Positions 28,831 through 43,989 of a DNA stretch of 64,000 nt are shown one piece after another. The stretch is taken from assembly GCF_009914755.1 (NCBI RefSeq), contig NC_060925.1. One strand, 5' to 3'. How positions within the stretch are numbered: position 1 is the stretch's first letter; the number at the start of each line of letters is the position of its first letter. Position numbers and translations under genes: made by a program. The notes beneath the pieces are model-generated. The model did no database searches. It was given only the letters and a program-made list of their open reading frames with translations, and was not told the DNA's origin. Origin of the DNA: the human T2T-CHM13v2.0 reference genome, Homo sapiens.

Positions 28831-28929
28831 GTGGATAAATGAGTATGTAATGAAAAATAAGTAGAATTAAGAAAATTCTGTATACTTATATTTTTTAAAG
28901 AAGATTTTTAAATTATGGAGTAGGAATTC

Positions 28930-29580
28930 TATTCCAGAGATGAGTTAGAGATGATCTTAAAATATTTGCCTTGACTACTGGTAGAATGTGATGGTCCTTT
29001 ACCTAGATGGGGAAGACTAGAAGGAAAGATTTGGAAGCAGGTAGATAGTGGGAATCAAGATAATGGTTTTGGACATGTTAAGTCTGAAATGCCTATTTGG
29101 TCCCCAAATAAAGACATATTGTGTGCAATTGGATTTTAATATTGAAGTTAAAGGGTTAATTCCTGGCCAGAGATAATATTATGAGTTGCTACTATGTTTT
29201 GAAGGCTACAGGACTTGATAAGATCACTTAGCTAATGAATGTAAATGAAAAAGTGATGAGATCTGAGAAATGACGCTTGAGACACTTCAGTCATTAAAGG
29301 TCAAGAAAAAGGGATTAAGCAAAAGTGTGGGAGGAGTCACATACTGAGGTAGATATAAGAGAGAACGATGTTAATAATGTTCCAGGAACCAGAAGAAGAA
29401 ATGTTTCAAGAAAAAGCAAGTAATTTGTTGTATTAAATGCCGTGTAAAAGTCTAGAGGAAAAAGAACTGACCACTGGATTATCAACATGGAAGTCATTTG
29501 ATGTCCTTAAATCAGCAGTTTTAGTGAAGTGGTGGGGTGGTCCAAGAAAGAGTGGGAGCAGAAGAAAGTATAGAAACATC
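28930..29580 (-). mobile_element. L2 fragment (continuation)
   Basis: ttttggacatgttaagtctgaaatgcct..aagaaaatgtttcaag..aacatggaagtcatt. Confidence 0.7.
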
Positions 29581-31123
29581 TAATTGCTGGATGTGTGTCC
29601 AGGTGGAAATAGGTTAGTGTTCTGAAACACTTTCCTTAACTGAGACAGTCAGCTTCGGTGTCAGAATTTCAGACCTACTGAATTTAAAATCCAGAAAGTG
29701 CCCCAGTGATGGCTTACTCCAATTCTATAATTGTACACACGAAATACTTGAGATCTGGAAAGGCAATACTAGTTATAATACATAAAAACAAAGCTGATGA
29801 GTTAATGAGATCGCCAGAACCAAATTGAAATTTTCCAAATCTTAATTCAGGGTTATGTATATGCCAGTGAAAAAAAAATCAGCTAGCTTTTAATTCTAAT
29901 TTATCATGGAAGCAGGAATAAAATGTGTTTTATTTAGCTATCAACAGAACAGATAGCATTGTGTTGTATGTTATACAAAACTTATTGAATTACTTCCTTT
30001 CCAGATTGCATCATGAGCCACGACTTTAATCTGTTGAAGTCGTACTCAGCAGTTGGGTTGCAGGTTAGATGTCAAGAAAGCAAAGCCAAATACAACAGCA
30101 TGTTTTTATTCATGCTTTTGAATCATACATCAACTTACCTCTTCTGTTTGCAGGAATAAGTGAGACTTCATAAGTACGTGAGAGTAAATGACTCATAGCT
30201 TCTCTGAGAACTAAGAAGAGCCATTTTCTCCTACCAGTATTTTTTTCTCTTTAGTTATACAAATGCAAATAATCATTGGAAAACTTAGAAATGTATTATT
30301 GATTACTTGTACATTTAACCTGACAACTGAGTCATACTCATCAAGCAGCTTTGCATTGAAAAATATAATATCCCAAACAAGTTATAGATCGAAAAGCACT
30401 TTGGGAAATATAACCTTATGTGAATGTTCTGATTAGGATACATATTCACTTATGAAGAATTATAAGAGTAATTTCTCAGCCATGTCAATTGATGGCAAAA
30501 GGGAAAGCTTCTTTGAAGAAATAATGTGTCACGCTCTTTGGAAGCTTTTATTCAAGAGGAATATAATATTCCTAGTAATATTGAAATCCCCTAGAGTGTG
30601 TGATATGGCTAATGTCATCTTTGTGTCCTTTCTTTCTTTCTTTCAGTTGAAAGCCATCCAATGAGCAAAGTATGGGTTCATTCCTTTTGTGCAAGAAAAA
30701 GACAACTAAAGCATATTTGTTATCAAAACTGGAAGTTAATGCAGTGCTCATTAATAATATCCAGGGCTAAAAGTCAGGAGAGATCTTAGATTAGTCTTGC
30801 CTCTGCAGACTAAATATATTGATTATATGACATAATGTTTAAAAAGATAATTCTATGAAAACTTTCCTTACCTTTTTTTTTGTATCAGTTTGGAGATTTA
30901 GCATGTATTTTGGAAATCCTTGTCTTTGTCTTTAATATTTAATGTTAGCTATAAACATTTGGTGTATTTCAAAGAAAATTTAATATGCCTACTCCTAATT
31001 CATTTACACTGAATTCCTAAAACTATTAAGTTTTGATATTTAAACAGTCTGAAGAGATCTTTCAAAATCTTCACTTAGTAGAAAAGGATACTGGCGAATC
31101 TGAGGAAAATATTTGTTAGAATT

Positions 31124-31230
31124 ATTAACATTTGAGTATTCTTCATATAGAAAAATACATAAATAAAGTTGTGCGTTTCATTCCAGAAACTTTAATCCCT
31201 TTTCAGGATGACCCAGAATCAACAGGAAAA
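31124..31230 (+). repeat. 107-bp direct repeat, copy 1
   Basis: Matches 32834-32940 with 3 substitutions. Confidence 0.95.
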
Positions 31231-31259
31231 GCTGCAGGAAGATTTAACACTTCAGGAGC

Positions 31260-31440
31260 AGTATATAGACCTGGGTGCTTTATGCCTATTTTTATATTTA
31301 ATTATCACGTCAAATCTGATGATATTATTAAGCCCATTTAGCAGATGAGGAGACCAAAGTTTAGCAAATTTAAGTATGTTTCCCAGTGTTACAAAGATTT
31401 TTGACTCCAAAGCTCAGGCTTGCTACCACAATACTATGCC
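31260..31440 (-). mobile_element. MIR fragment
   Basis: cccatttagcagatgaggagaccaaag..tgactccaaagctcagg. Confidence 0.6.
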
Positions 31441-31560
31441 AAAGAATGAATTACTGAATAAGTTAATGAATTAGCAAAAATTTTCTCATGATTACATTCA
31501 GTGCAGGTCATATTGCTTTTATATCTTTACCAAGTTAGTTCACTTTTTTCCCTACTAGAA

Positions 31561-32066
<506 letters not shown>

Positions 32067-32833
32067 AATTTAAGCTCATTGAGGACTCTTAACATACCAA
32101 TTTTTGTATTAGCATGCAACTTGGCCTAGAGAAAGAATCCAATAAATACATGTATTTTTTGAATACATAACTGATTGGCCAAGAATCAGTGTTTACTCTT
32201 CTCTTTTACCCTCTTATGTAGAATTCAATCAAGCCTCAAATACTATCTGTCTTCTTTCCAAGTGTTATAAATTTGAATTTTCAGGCTAGGCCATAATATC
32301 AATTAACTTTAAAAGTAGCATAAGGCACTATATTTTCCAATAATCTACCTATAAATCACTGAAAATCAGAACTCCATGTGTGTATTTAGATACTTAGGAT
32401 TAGCTCCCATTGTGTTTGTATTTCTCATTTTTTTTGTTGTTGTTGAACAGTTTTCCATTCTGCCACATAGTCTACGATAATTTATATTTGTTATAAGATA
32501 TTTCACTGAGTAAATGTGTCATGTTTTATTTACATATTTTCCTATTACTGGGCAAAAAAAAAGTTAAATATAGTTATTTTACATAGGATTTTTTTTTTCT
32601 TCAGAATAAATTCCCAGAAATGATACACCTGAATCCAAAGCCTGGGAACACTTAATAAAACTTACAATAAATATTGCCAAATTGGCTTTCAAGATTAATT
32701 TTCTAAATTATGTTGCCATCAGAAATATTCTAACATGTTTGCTTTTTAGTAAATTTGCCAAAATAGGACATTATTGACATTTAATAAAAAATAAAATAGT
32801 AAGTTTAAAACGGTACCTAATGTTTAATTGTTC

Positions 32834-32940
32834 ATTAACATTTGAGTATTCTTCATGTAGAAAAATACATAAATAAAGTTGTGCATTTCATTCCAGAAAC
32901 TTTAATCCCTTTTCAGGATGACCCAGAATCAAGAGGAAAA
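32834..32940 (+). repeat. 107-bp direct repeat, copy 2
   Basis: Matches 31124-31230. Confidence 0.95.
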
Positions 32941-33583
32941 TCATTTTATTTCCTTTAGAACATAAATTTTTGGACAGATATAGGTATTACCTCATTTTAC
33001 ATGGCCAAACTACTCTTGCTATGGAAAGGATTTTGAGTAAGATTTCTTCAAAAATACTGCCAATCCCACTATTATTAGAACTTAGGTTGAAATAAAATAT
33101 TTGATATTTAACATGTGAATCCATGTAGCAGCAGTCAGAAATTCTGGCAAATGGCTAATTATCTTAGTTTTACAGCCTTGTGTAATTCTTTAAATTTTTT
33201 TTGTGTAAAATACACACTGAATTGATTTCAACATGTAAGTTGTGATTGTTTACAAAAATAAATGTTAGGTTTCAGAGATACCAGATTCTTTTTAGAAAAA
33301 GCACAGACACATGTGTAATGTTTTTTTAATGTAACATATTGCCATTGTTAACTGATTGATTAGTATCAGTGACTCCTAAGGTAGAACTTTCATAACTAAC
33401 AATTCATTTAGGGTTATCTGTGTATCACTAGGGATCTAGGTTACTGAATTTAGTGTTTGTAGTGAAGTAATATTGAAGCAAGAAAGGAAAGCTCTGAAAT
33501 AGAATACACACGAATTAATTTATAATCCTGGCAATGCCATGAATCAGCCATAAGGCATTAGAATTTTTCTTGCCTAAAATTCT

Positions 33584-33939
33584 TTTCACATATATATTTT
33601 TAAGTTCTAGGGTACATGTGCACAAAACGTGCAGGTTTGTTACATATGTATACATGTGTCACGTTGGTGTGCTGCACCCATTAACTCGTCATTTAGCATT
33701 AGGTATATCTCCTAATGCTATCCCTCCCCGCCCCCCCACCCCACAACAGGCTCCAGTATGTGATGTTCCCCTTCCTGTGTCCAAGTGTTTTCATTGTTCA
33801 ATTCCCACCTATGAGTGAGAACATGTGGTGTTTGGTTTTTTTGTCCTTGCGATAGTTTGCTGAGAATGATGGTTTCCAGCTTCATCCATGTCCCCACAAA
33901 GGACATGAACTCATCATTCTTTATGGCTGCATAGCATTC
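33584..33939 (-). mobile_element. Young L1PA (PA3/PA4-like) 5'-truncated 3' end
   Basis: L1PA 3'UTR; perfect 16-bp TSD tcttgcctaaaattct (33568-33583 / 33940-33955), TT/AGAA endonuclease site. Confidence 0.95.
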
Positions 33940-35489
33940 TCTTGCCTAAAATTCTAACCATAGCTTTCTTCCCTTTTATAATTCACAAAGCTGTAGGGGG
34001 TTACAGTGCGGTACTGCTTATGAAAAATTCTTTGTAACCTCTATTGGCTAAAGCATTGTTATCGAAAGTTTTTAAAATCATGAATTACTAGCAAAAAGTC
34101 AGGTAGTATTCTTTCTGTTTTTAGAAGCACGTTGGTTTTGTGGCTACATCATCCTTATTTTAAAAAATGAGCTTCTCTGAAGTTAGTGTCAATACATAGC
34201 TTGATATCTTATAACCTGAGCTGTACTATAGCAAAATTGGGGGGAAAATTGTCTTGTAATAAACACCTTAAATTTTATATTCATTTATTCAATTCACACA
34301 ATTAGTTAAAAAAAAATTTTAGAGTACCTATGTAGGTACTGGGGAACTACCAATGGTCATGACAAGAAAAATTCCCTGTTGTTATGAAATTCACATTCCA
34401 AAGACCTGAAGAATTAAAAAAATAAGAGAACAGTGCTAAAAATGGGTCTAGTAGATTCTACAGGAATATGGAAGAATTGTATATTACTGGAAAAATTAAT
34501 AAGATTAGTCAATCTGAAGTATTTCACAATCCATTTTATTTGGTAGCTGTGTGATGACCTCTATTCGGGGCCTAGTCATGTATGATTGTCCTGCCTCTCT
34601 CAGGTGGACAGAGATTCTAATGTGATCGGTTGGGGACTGGGGACTTTATTTCTGTCAATACACCCTCTCCCAAAATGGAGAAAAATTCCCTCAAAAGCAT
34701 ATGATGAACTGATAAGAAAATGAGAAATACCTAGACTTGGGATTAATTAAGGGAAGGTTGGAGCTTACCATGGTATGTTGAACACTGAAGCTGGCATTGG
34801 CCTTGAGAGCATTTGCTGAACTTGATGAACTCCAATCTTGTTTCCCATGAGTTTTAGGGACACAAGGGACAGAAGAGAAAATTCTGGTCCTGATCACCGT
34901 AGGGTGACTACTAGGAAATCTCACTGTAAAAAGTATTATCCTAAAAAGATATACTGCAATTCTCAGTATTCTGGTGAACAAAAAATACCCATCCTCTTCC
35001 CCAGTCTCATCCAAGTGATGAACTCCTTGAATCTTGATGTTGAGCAGCAGAAGTACCTGAACAGTTAAAGCAAGAAGAAGGACCTCATAGATTTGTAGTG
35101 TAAATTTAGAATAGCTAAAATACCAAGAATGTATCTGAAGAGACTCAGCAATTATGCTAAAGTGATGCCAAGCTGGTAATGCTTCCAGCCACCTGGTAGG
35201 AAAAAATGTAAATGGTGTCTAAGGGAACATCTGTTTACCCTCTGTCTAACGGAAATTGTGCAATTTGCAGTCAGAACTCAAGAAGTGCATAAGGACCAGG
35301 CCCAATGTATTCATTCATTTATTCAATAAATAGTTCTTGAGGATTCACTATGCATTAGGCAGTCAGCAGTAAACTGATTTAATTTTCAATTAAGAATAAT
35401 AGAAAATTCTTACTCTTAGGAAGCTTACATTCTAGTGGGTAAAGAAAGAATAAAAAAACTAAAATATAAAATATGTTAGATGTTAGTGA

Positions 35490-35900
35490 TAAGTTTATCA
35501 CAAACTTAAAATGACACAGGTTTATTTTCTTACAGTTTTGTGAGTTAGAAGTCCAATATTGGTCTCACTGGTCTCCAGATCTTGTAGGGGAGAATCTATT
35601 TCCTTGCCTTTTCCAGATTTTAGAGGCTGCCCATATTCCTTTGTTCATGGCTCCTTCTGCCATCTTCAAAACCAGCAAAAGCAGGTTGAATTCTTCTCAC
35701 ATCAAATCACTCTAATGGACAATTCTGCCTTTTAAAGGCCTTTGTTTATTGTACCAACCTGGATAATCCAAGATAGTCTCCCCATCTGAAGGTTCTTAAT
35801 TTATGTTTGCAAATCATTTTTGCCATGTAAGGTAACATATTCACAGATTCCAGGTATTAGGATGTGTACATCTTTGGAGGGCCATTATTCTGCCTTCACA
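35490..35900 (-). mobile_element. MLT1C/D-like LTR
   Basis: ggggagaatctatttccttgccttttccag..tagaggctgccc..gccatgtaaggtaacatattcacag..gccattattctgcct. Confidence 0.85.
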
Positions 35901-35914
35901 GTCATCTACCACTA

Positions 35915-36490
35915 GGGGAAATGTTAATTAGAACAAGTATGAAAAAACAATTTGGCATTGCCTAGAGGGATAAACATATGCATATCTAAGACCTACCTGT
36001 TTTACTTTCAGGTGTATACCCTCAGGAACTTTTATATTTTCTGAAAAAGATGCAGAATGTTTATAGTGGCATTGTTTTAAATGGCTCCCAAGAAGAAATA
36101 ACTCAAATACCTGTCAACAGTAGAATGGATGAAATATATTGTGAGATATTATAAAGTGGAATATTATATATCAGTGAACATTAATGATTTAACAAGTATT
36201 GGAATTAACATTAATGAATCCCTGAAATAGAATATTGAGGTAAAGAAGCAAGTCACAGAGGGGTATGTATAACATTTTTACATTTATATAAAATCCCAAA
36301 ACATACAATATTAAATATTTTCTTCATGAATACATAATTATTAATAAAATGTAAATAAAAGAATTGTCAACCTGAGTGGTGGTCTACATACCCATGTGTT
36401 TTCTTGATGTTTGTGTTTGCCTGATATTTAATTTTTACTTTATGTATTTTTCTCTTTTTCAGGATGTAAGGTATTTTTAATGATAAAACA
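35915..36490 (+). mobile_element. L1ME-type 3' fragment
   Basis: caacagtagaatggat..aaagaagcaagtcacaga..catttatataaa. Confidence 0.6.
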
Positions 36491-37409
36491 TTTTAAACAT
36501 TTACTGAGATGATTATTAGTTTTATTTTACATAGGCTCTATAGCTTTGGGGCAGTTACTTTTATTCTCTGAGTGTCAAGGTTAATAATTTGCAAAATAAG
36601 GATAATTACAGTTATTAGTGTGAAAATCAAATTAAATAATGCATGAAGTGTTAGACAAGTAACATATAATATTAAATAATTTATTTCCTTAGATTGATAC
36701 AGTAACCAGAAAAAAATAGTTATGTATCACCAAATCAATCAACTGAGGTTATTAAACAGTTAAGATATATAAAAAAGATAAGCGGTCATAGTGGCAGAAC
36801 AAGTGGTACTTGATTGTGAACAAATAAAAGGAAGGCTAGATTACAAATAGTGATTGTTATTATACAACAGTTTCTATAGTATCCAAAAACAATTGGAGAC
36901 AGTCTTCTGTGAGTACAAGAAGCATTTCTTCTAAGACGAATCACAAGTATTCTTTTTTAACTTACTTTATCAAATATCTTGTCCCCTTATTATCAACTGC
37001 ATTATTTCAAATAATACAAATATGTCTTCATTAATTTATTTAACAAGTATTTACTGGGTGAACTATTGTTTCAGATACTCCAGATACAGGAGTGAACAAA
37101 CCATACTAAATCCCTGTCCAATGGAGTTTAGAGTCATTTTTGTGGAGAGAGACAGGACATTAAAATGTCCATTACTGATTCATCCATCAATCCTTCCATC
37201 TATACAATTATTTTGGATAGTTACATGTGACGATGACAGAAGAAAATGACACTGCATAATAAGACAAAGAGTAAAAATAAGTAGCTTAAGCGTTGGAAAC
37301 TGTGAAAGGCACATAAGGAATATTTCTCTGTGGGGATGACTTGAAAATGATGAATCGACTGCAGTGAGGCAAAATGGAATGAGGAAACCAGCCAGAAGAT
37401 GTGCTGTCT

Positions 37410-37834
37410 TTCGTCCTGTGTGCACCTTTCTCCACTGCACGTGTGCTTTGGAATACTGACTGGCAAAGACTGTATGAATCAGGAGGCCCCCTTGCCCTGT
37501 GACTTCCTGTTGAGTCTAGCCAATGAGGATACTGATAGGAAATCAGAGTGAAGCAGCAGAGTGAGGTAAGGGATTTGTTTTTCTCTGATGTGTCTCCCCA
37601 GGCTGGTTTTGTCCTACTATGGACGGCTGGCAGTCATCATGCAGCTTTCTTTTTCCTCTTACCTTTTAAACCTGGTGTGATAAAACCCTCTCAATGTCAC
37701 TATATCTCCCTTCCTAGAGGGCAGCACCATTCCTTGCTGCTTTTCCTAAGCCCTTCCCATACTTTGCAAGTAGTCTCTTCAATTACCCAGCTTGAGGATG
37801 CCATTTCTTTCCTCTTCAGGTTCTGATTGATGCA
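37410..37834. mobile_element. LTR41-like ERVL LTR
   Basis: ccttgccctgtgacttcctgttgagtctagccaatgag..gcaccattccttgctg..tcaattaccca..ctgattgatgca. Confidence 0.5.
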
Positions 37835-38065
37835 GAGGCTGTTGAAGTAGACCACACGATTAAAGCAAGAGAGGGAGATAGAAGTGGAGATGGCGGCAAC
37901 CTATTATACCTGGATATATTTGGTATACAAACAAAGAGACTCAATGATGAATTGAACAATGAATCTGAAGGAAAAAGGAGAAAGAAAACACAAGTGTGCA
38001 GGTGTCAATTGTATACCATCATAGTACCATCAAAAGAAGTAGGAAATAGTGGAGATGAAGCAGGT

Positions 38066-38440
38066 TGATATGATTTGGCTGCTTCCCCACCCAAATCTTA
38101 CCTTGACTTGTAGTTCCCATAATCCCCACATGTGGGGGGAGGAAGCCTTTAGGAGGTGATTTAATCATGGGGTGGTTACCCGCATGCTGTTCTCATGATA
38201 ATGAGTGAGTTCTCACAAGATTTAACGTCTTTATAAGGAACTTTTTCCCCTTTTACTTGGCACTTCTTCTTGCTGTTGCCATGTGAAGAAGGACATGTTT
38301 GCTACTCCTTCCACCATGATTGTAAGTTTCCCGAGACCTCCCCAGCCATGCTGAACTGTGAGTCAATAAAGCCTCTTTCCTTTATAAATTACAGAGTCTC
38401 AGTTATGTCTTTATTTGCAAGATGAGAATGGACTAATACA
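38066..38440 (+). mobile_element. THE1C-like solo LTR
   Basis: tgatatgatttggct...gactaataca; TSD caggt/ctggt; AATAAA at 38365-38370. Confidence 0.92.
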
Positions 38441-40263
38441 CTGGTGATAAATTTGATGGAACTAAAATTTTATTTTGAGCATGTTACATTTTCTCCTTTC
38501 TGCTCTTGTCCTCCATAGGCAAAGATTTAAAGGCGACAGAAAATGGTGGGAGGAGGCCAGGCTGAAGAAAATGGACACTGAGCCATGTTGTTAAGGTCAA
38601 TATTCAGTTTTGAGCCAGGTATGGAGCTCAGAAAAGAAGTCTGTGCTATATATATAAATTTGGGGGTTATCAGCATGTAAATGATATTTCAAGCCTTAAG
38701 ACTGGATACAATCACCTATGATGCGAGCTACTCCCTAAAATACATCTCCCCCAAAACTGTATCTGTTTCCTTGGTCCACTGACATTTTTAAATACATATT
38801 TTGTTTCATATATGTCAGGGACATCAGAACTACAGATCTCTATTTATGGTGACTAAGTACCAAATGATTTATATTTTTATTAACTCTGCTATCTCTCCTG
38901 AAATTATTACAAACAGCCTTTCTTCCCACACTCTTGCTTACCTGAACTCTTCAGTTTTATAGGAGCTACTATATTCCTTCACCCCCTTTCTTACATATTC
39001 TTCACCTTCTCTCCCTCTCTATTTCTGTTCAAAGACTATTCTCTCAGTTGTCAAATGTCCTTAGTGCTCTGCACAATACACAATGTTTCTGGTACTGCCA
39101 TTTCTCACTGCATTCAAATTTTGTACTCCTTTACCCCACTATTTTTATGCATTATTTTATGCAAGAAGCTTTTGTTTCTGAACTAACAAACTGCACCAAA
39201 ATGAGAAATTTGGCTGTATAATTCCCTCAATTAACTCTCTGCATGGAGGAATTCAGTATTTATTTTCCTTCAAAAAACCCCATGATGATGAAGAATAATA
39301 ATTATTTTTTAATTGAAGTACTACTCGCAACATCACTCACCAAAATTTATATCGGTATAACATATATAGATATATTTATATATTTTTTCTATGGTATCTT
39401 CCATTTTTTGATAGGTAATAATCTCCATTCTATTTTATCTGTGAGACAGAGGAGGATCATCAATATCTGGGTTTTCAGGTAGTGGAATAGTATATTTAAG
39501 TCTTTTGTGCCATTGATATATAGGGGTTATAATTAGGGTTCCCTGGTAATTGTGGATTCATTAGGGTTATAAGCTGTTTTTTCTAGTTTTAAACCTGCAA
39601 GTTCTGTGCCCCCAAAAGCTCCTTCGTCCCTGGAAAATCAGGACACACATCCTGCACTTAGACTTTTCTGAATCATTTGAAGGTACGTAGATTTATTGCA
39701 GAGAAGTAGAACTTGCTTTTACTTGCAATGACTTCAAAGTGACAATTAGGCAATAAGCTAATATGTCTCCCATTTATGAGGATGTAGCTCTTAGTAAATA
39801 AACTCTTATCATGTGCAATGAAATTAATGGTATTTTTTTCTCACATTTTCATTCTGATATATCAAGACAGGTGTAATATATTTCTGTTTCTGGCCCAGGA
39901 TTTGTGATTTATTTATCTAAATATTTTATAGTATGTGAGAATTATAACAAAACAAAAATAAAACAAAACTAAATATTATCTACCTTATATCCTTGGAGTT
40001 TCAATATGATAAACATGGTGAGAGATTTAAAAGCAATAACAACATCTCATTCCTCTTGCCTACTACATGAACGGCAAATTTGCTCATTCTCTCTTCAGGG
40101 TTCTCAACCACCAGCTTCTGTGTGCATATCTTTGGCACCCTGTACATATTATCTTTTACTTTGTCTTTGTTCTATTTATTTCTTCTCTGAATCTATCAAA
40201 ATAGTTTCCATGTTTTATACTGCATCATCCTCCCATAAGGAATACGTGCCTTAAAAAAAATCT

Positions 40264-40560
40264 ATTTTTTTAATCTTGTTTTGGACAGTGTTTCCCTCTG
40301 TCATACAGGCTGGAGTGCAGTCGTGTGATCACAACTCACTGCAACCTCAACCTCCTGGGCCTAAGCGATCCTCCTACCTCAGCCTCTCAAGGAGGACCAC
40401 AGGCACATGTCACCACACCTAGATAATTTTTTAGTACTTTTTGCAGATACAGGGTCTCCCTAAGTTGCCCAGGCTAGTCTTGAACTCCTGAGCTCAAGCA
40501 ATCCCCTCACCTTGTCCTGCCAAATTGCTAGGATTACAGGCGTAAGCCACGGTGCCTAAC
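40264..40560 (-). mobile_element. AluJ
   Basis: Diverged Alu dimer. Confidence 0.9.
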
Positions 40561-43292
40561 ATCTGTTATGCTATTTTTCCTTTCCTTACACTGCCTACTC
40601 AAGATTTGCTTAAACAATTATACTTATTTTAAGACAGTGAGTGGAAAAGCAATGTTTGAGATAGTTTGCTTTTTAATTTTACCCAATGCAAGTCAAAACA
40701 ATGTAAATTTTCTTAAAATATGTAATATGCCTATTTTTCTCATTACCTAACCTTGGCAGAAGAGGTATGTCTTAACCATTCACTGTTTACCATCCCCCTC
40801 CTCCTAACTCGAAGTGGAGAAAACATTTCACTTGCTTTAAAAAAAAAAAAAAAAAGTTAAACAAGGGTTTGTCTATGAAAGCTATAAAATAATGACTCAA
40901 TAGGATTTTCAGTGAACCCCCAGGTTGTTTTGCCTCTATTACTTAAACAACAGAATTCCAGGTCAGAAGAACTGAAATCTACCCATGCCATCTCAGAAAA
41001 CTTAAAATGACATGGTTAGACAAAATTTTAGATTCCTATCCTCTCTGAGATAAAAATTTAAGTGATCCATTGGAACATTTTCTTGATAAATAACTTGACC
41101 CAAGAATGCCAGATACTCAAAGACAAAAATGTAATTATGAGGGCCAAGTTGTCTTTGAGGATATTGGATTTTTTAAAAAATGCAAAAGAGATCTCTGTTT
41201 CTTCTTTAGCACAGCACGGTGGTCCAAGACTATTGGAGTCTATATGTGTTATTTTCTCATTTTTTAAAAATTCTTTCTTCTCATCACGAATCAATACACA
41301 GCTTGACAAGTAAACACATAATGTATAAAGTCAACTTACAGATTGGTATAACTGAAGAGAAAGCATGAGTTTATTGGCAAGGGAACACATTTCACCTACA
41401 TGGCAGCTCTGGTGGTGGAAAGCTGTTTACAGTGTTTGATATATGACTCATCACATCTGCTACATGGTGAGGGAATGAAGATACAGTCAAACAGGACTAA
41501 AAAGAAAGTGCAGAAATCCAAATTCTCATGCATCTTTTTCCCACTTGCATTTTGTTTCTTTCACACAGTTCTGACCAAATTGGGAATTGATTTATTCTGA
41601 TAAAAGTCATTTGCGTATATAAAGATGTCACAATTATTTTACCAAAAATGCTATTGAGTCATATTTGTTAACATATTTCATTATGATAGTCATATAAACA
41701 ATTGAATTAACCAGTTACACTGCAACATCAAAATATTATTTCACATAATTATGCAAATTGTAAGACTCTGTGTTGTAAAGTAGTTTGTCGTGCTGTGTAG
41801 CTTAGGAGGGTGTCTCTTTGAAAGTGGAGACAAGATAAATGTTGGCTTAATATGATAAATTCTTTCTAAAACAAGAGATGTTCTAATGCAGAATATTGCC
41901 TTATGAAGTTAGAAATTTCCTATGAAGTGGCTGAGCAAATGCTGGTGGACCTTCAGACAGGAATATCATTGAGGGATTTCCATGTTGCTTCCAGCATCAA
42001 CATAGGATGTCCTCAAAAGTCCCTTCCAAATCTAACATGCTAACGTTTTTATAAGGATTCTATAACAGATATTTTACTATAGTTCCACATTTAAAGTTCC
42101 ACGTATTATAGTTCCATATATATATAAACACACACACATATATATATAACCTTGCTGTCCTTGTAACTTTAGAATTTAAAAATGACTTTGGCTGTTTCTG
42201 AGGAAGTACACGTGAGGATGTTAACCTCTTTAAATGTAGTGAATATTATGCTTTTTCTTGAACATTGTCTTTTGCATTTTACTATATTCTAATATTTTTT
42301 AAATAAAAACTGTCTGAAACTTTTAAATAATTCATGTTCTTTTTCATTACAAAACCAAAAAGTCAATTTAAAAAGTTAGTAAAATTTTTATGAAAGCTGG
42401 AGACTATTATAATGACTTTGACTTTTTAAGGATTGAAGGAAACCACACTGCTTCCTTATATACCTCTTTTCAATAAAAACCAATTTAAAAATTTACATTT
42501 TTCAAGGAGGGATGATTCCCGTAAACAAAACTTAAGCATGCATCACCCTGTGCCAGGGTGGATGCCTGTCACTCAAATCACTGTCATGCCGCAAGCTACC
42601 CTGATACAATCAGAAAGGAAAATAGAGTTAGTTAGATGAGTTTACAGAATGATGTCTGCATGAGTGGCAGATGTTTCTGCTATAACCACATTATGTGCAC
42701 TCAATTTTTATTATAGAACAATTGCTTCTAATAACTTTTATGTTCATGATCAATGTGTCATAAATTCACCTGAATTACAAAAATGACCTAAGAAACCTAA
42801 AGAATTGTTCTTCAGTTGTTTTCTCTCAATATATTCAATAACAATAAAAAAGTAACTGATTTGAGCATGTATTGAAGTGCAGATTCCAACAATCTGTGAT
42901 ATCTCAAATACATGGCCCAAGTCTTCCTGGTTCATAGAAGAGCTGACATTATGCCCAGGATGATTATCAATCATCAGCGGCACAATATTGTCTGCCGTAA
43001 GTGGGCAGTGTGATTAATAACTGCAATTCAGGCATGATCTGAAAAGCTGTGATCTTTATTGACTAAGGGAACTGGTGACTCTCTCTTTTCATGTTATTTG
43101 TACTCAATTTATGCTGCTTTCAGTGATTGATACAGTTTATTACTATTTCAGTTGTGATATTCCACATTATATGAACTCAATAGCAAATGTCAGGTGAAGC
43201 AAGAAACATGTTCATTTACTCTCTAGAAATACTTTTATCTTACTATTGTGGTCTTCTATTGCATTCATCAACAAGCTGATGGAAATAGTTAA

Positions 43293-43626
<334 letters not shown>

Positions 43627-43989
43627 CAGATTTTTAACCTTTATATTTACAAGCATGTCTTCTACCTCCGCTGCTGGCTCTAAGTTTTTCCTTCTTCTCT
43701 CCCAATTCCTCAACATTACTACTCACTGTGATCACATTTTCAGCTGAATGAAAATGGAAAAATGGAGAAAATAATATTTTAGAAGAGTGTACATTTGTTG
43801 ACTGTCCGAGAAATCAACTACTACCTCATTGTTGCCCTGAGTATATATCTGTATAATCTTCAAATGCTAAATGTATATTTATACATAAACATACCTACAT
43901 ACTGCAAGGTTCCTACTAAAAGCAAGTCTGATTTAGAGTAAAAGTCTTCCTGTATTTAGTCTGAAATGCCAGCTTTAACCAGCCAAAAG

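Noticed and set aside
34545-35290. GC-richer stretch with 107-aa and 76-aa ORFs
   Set aside because: The 3' part resembles an ancient L1M 5' region but cannot be assigned confidently; no protein similarity recognised
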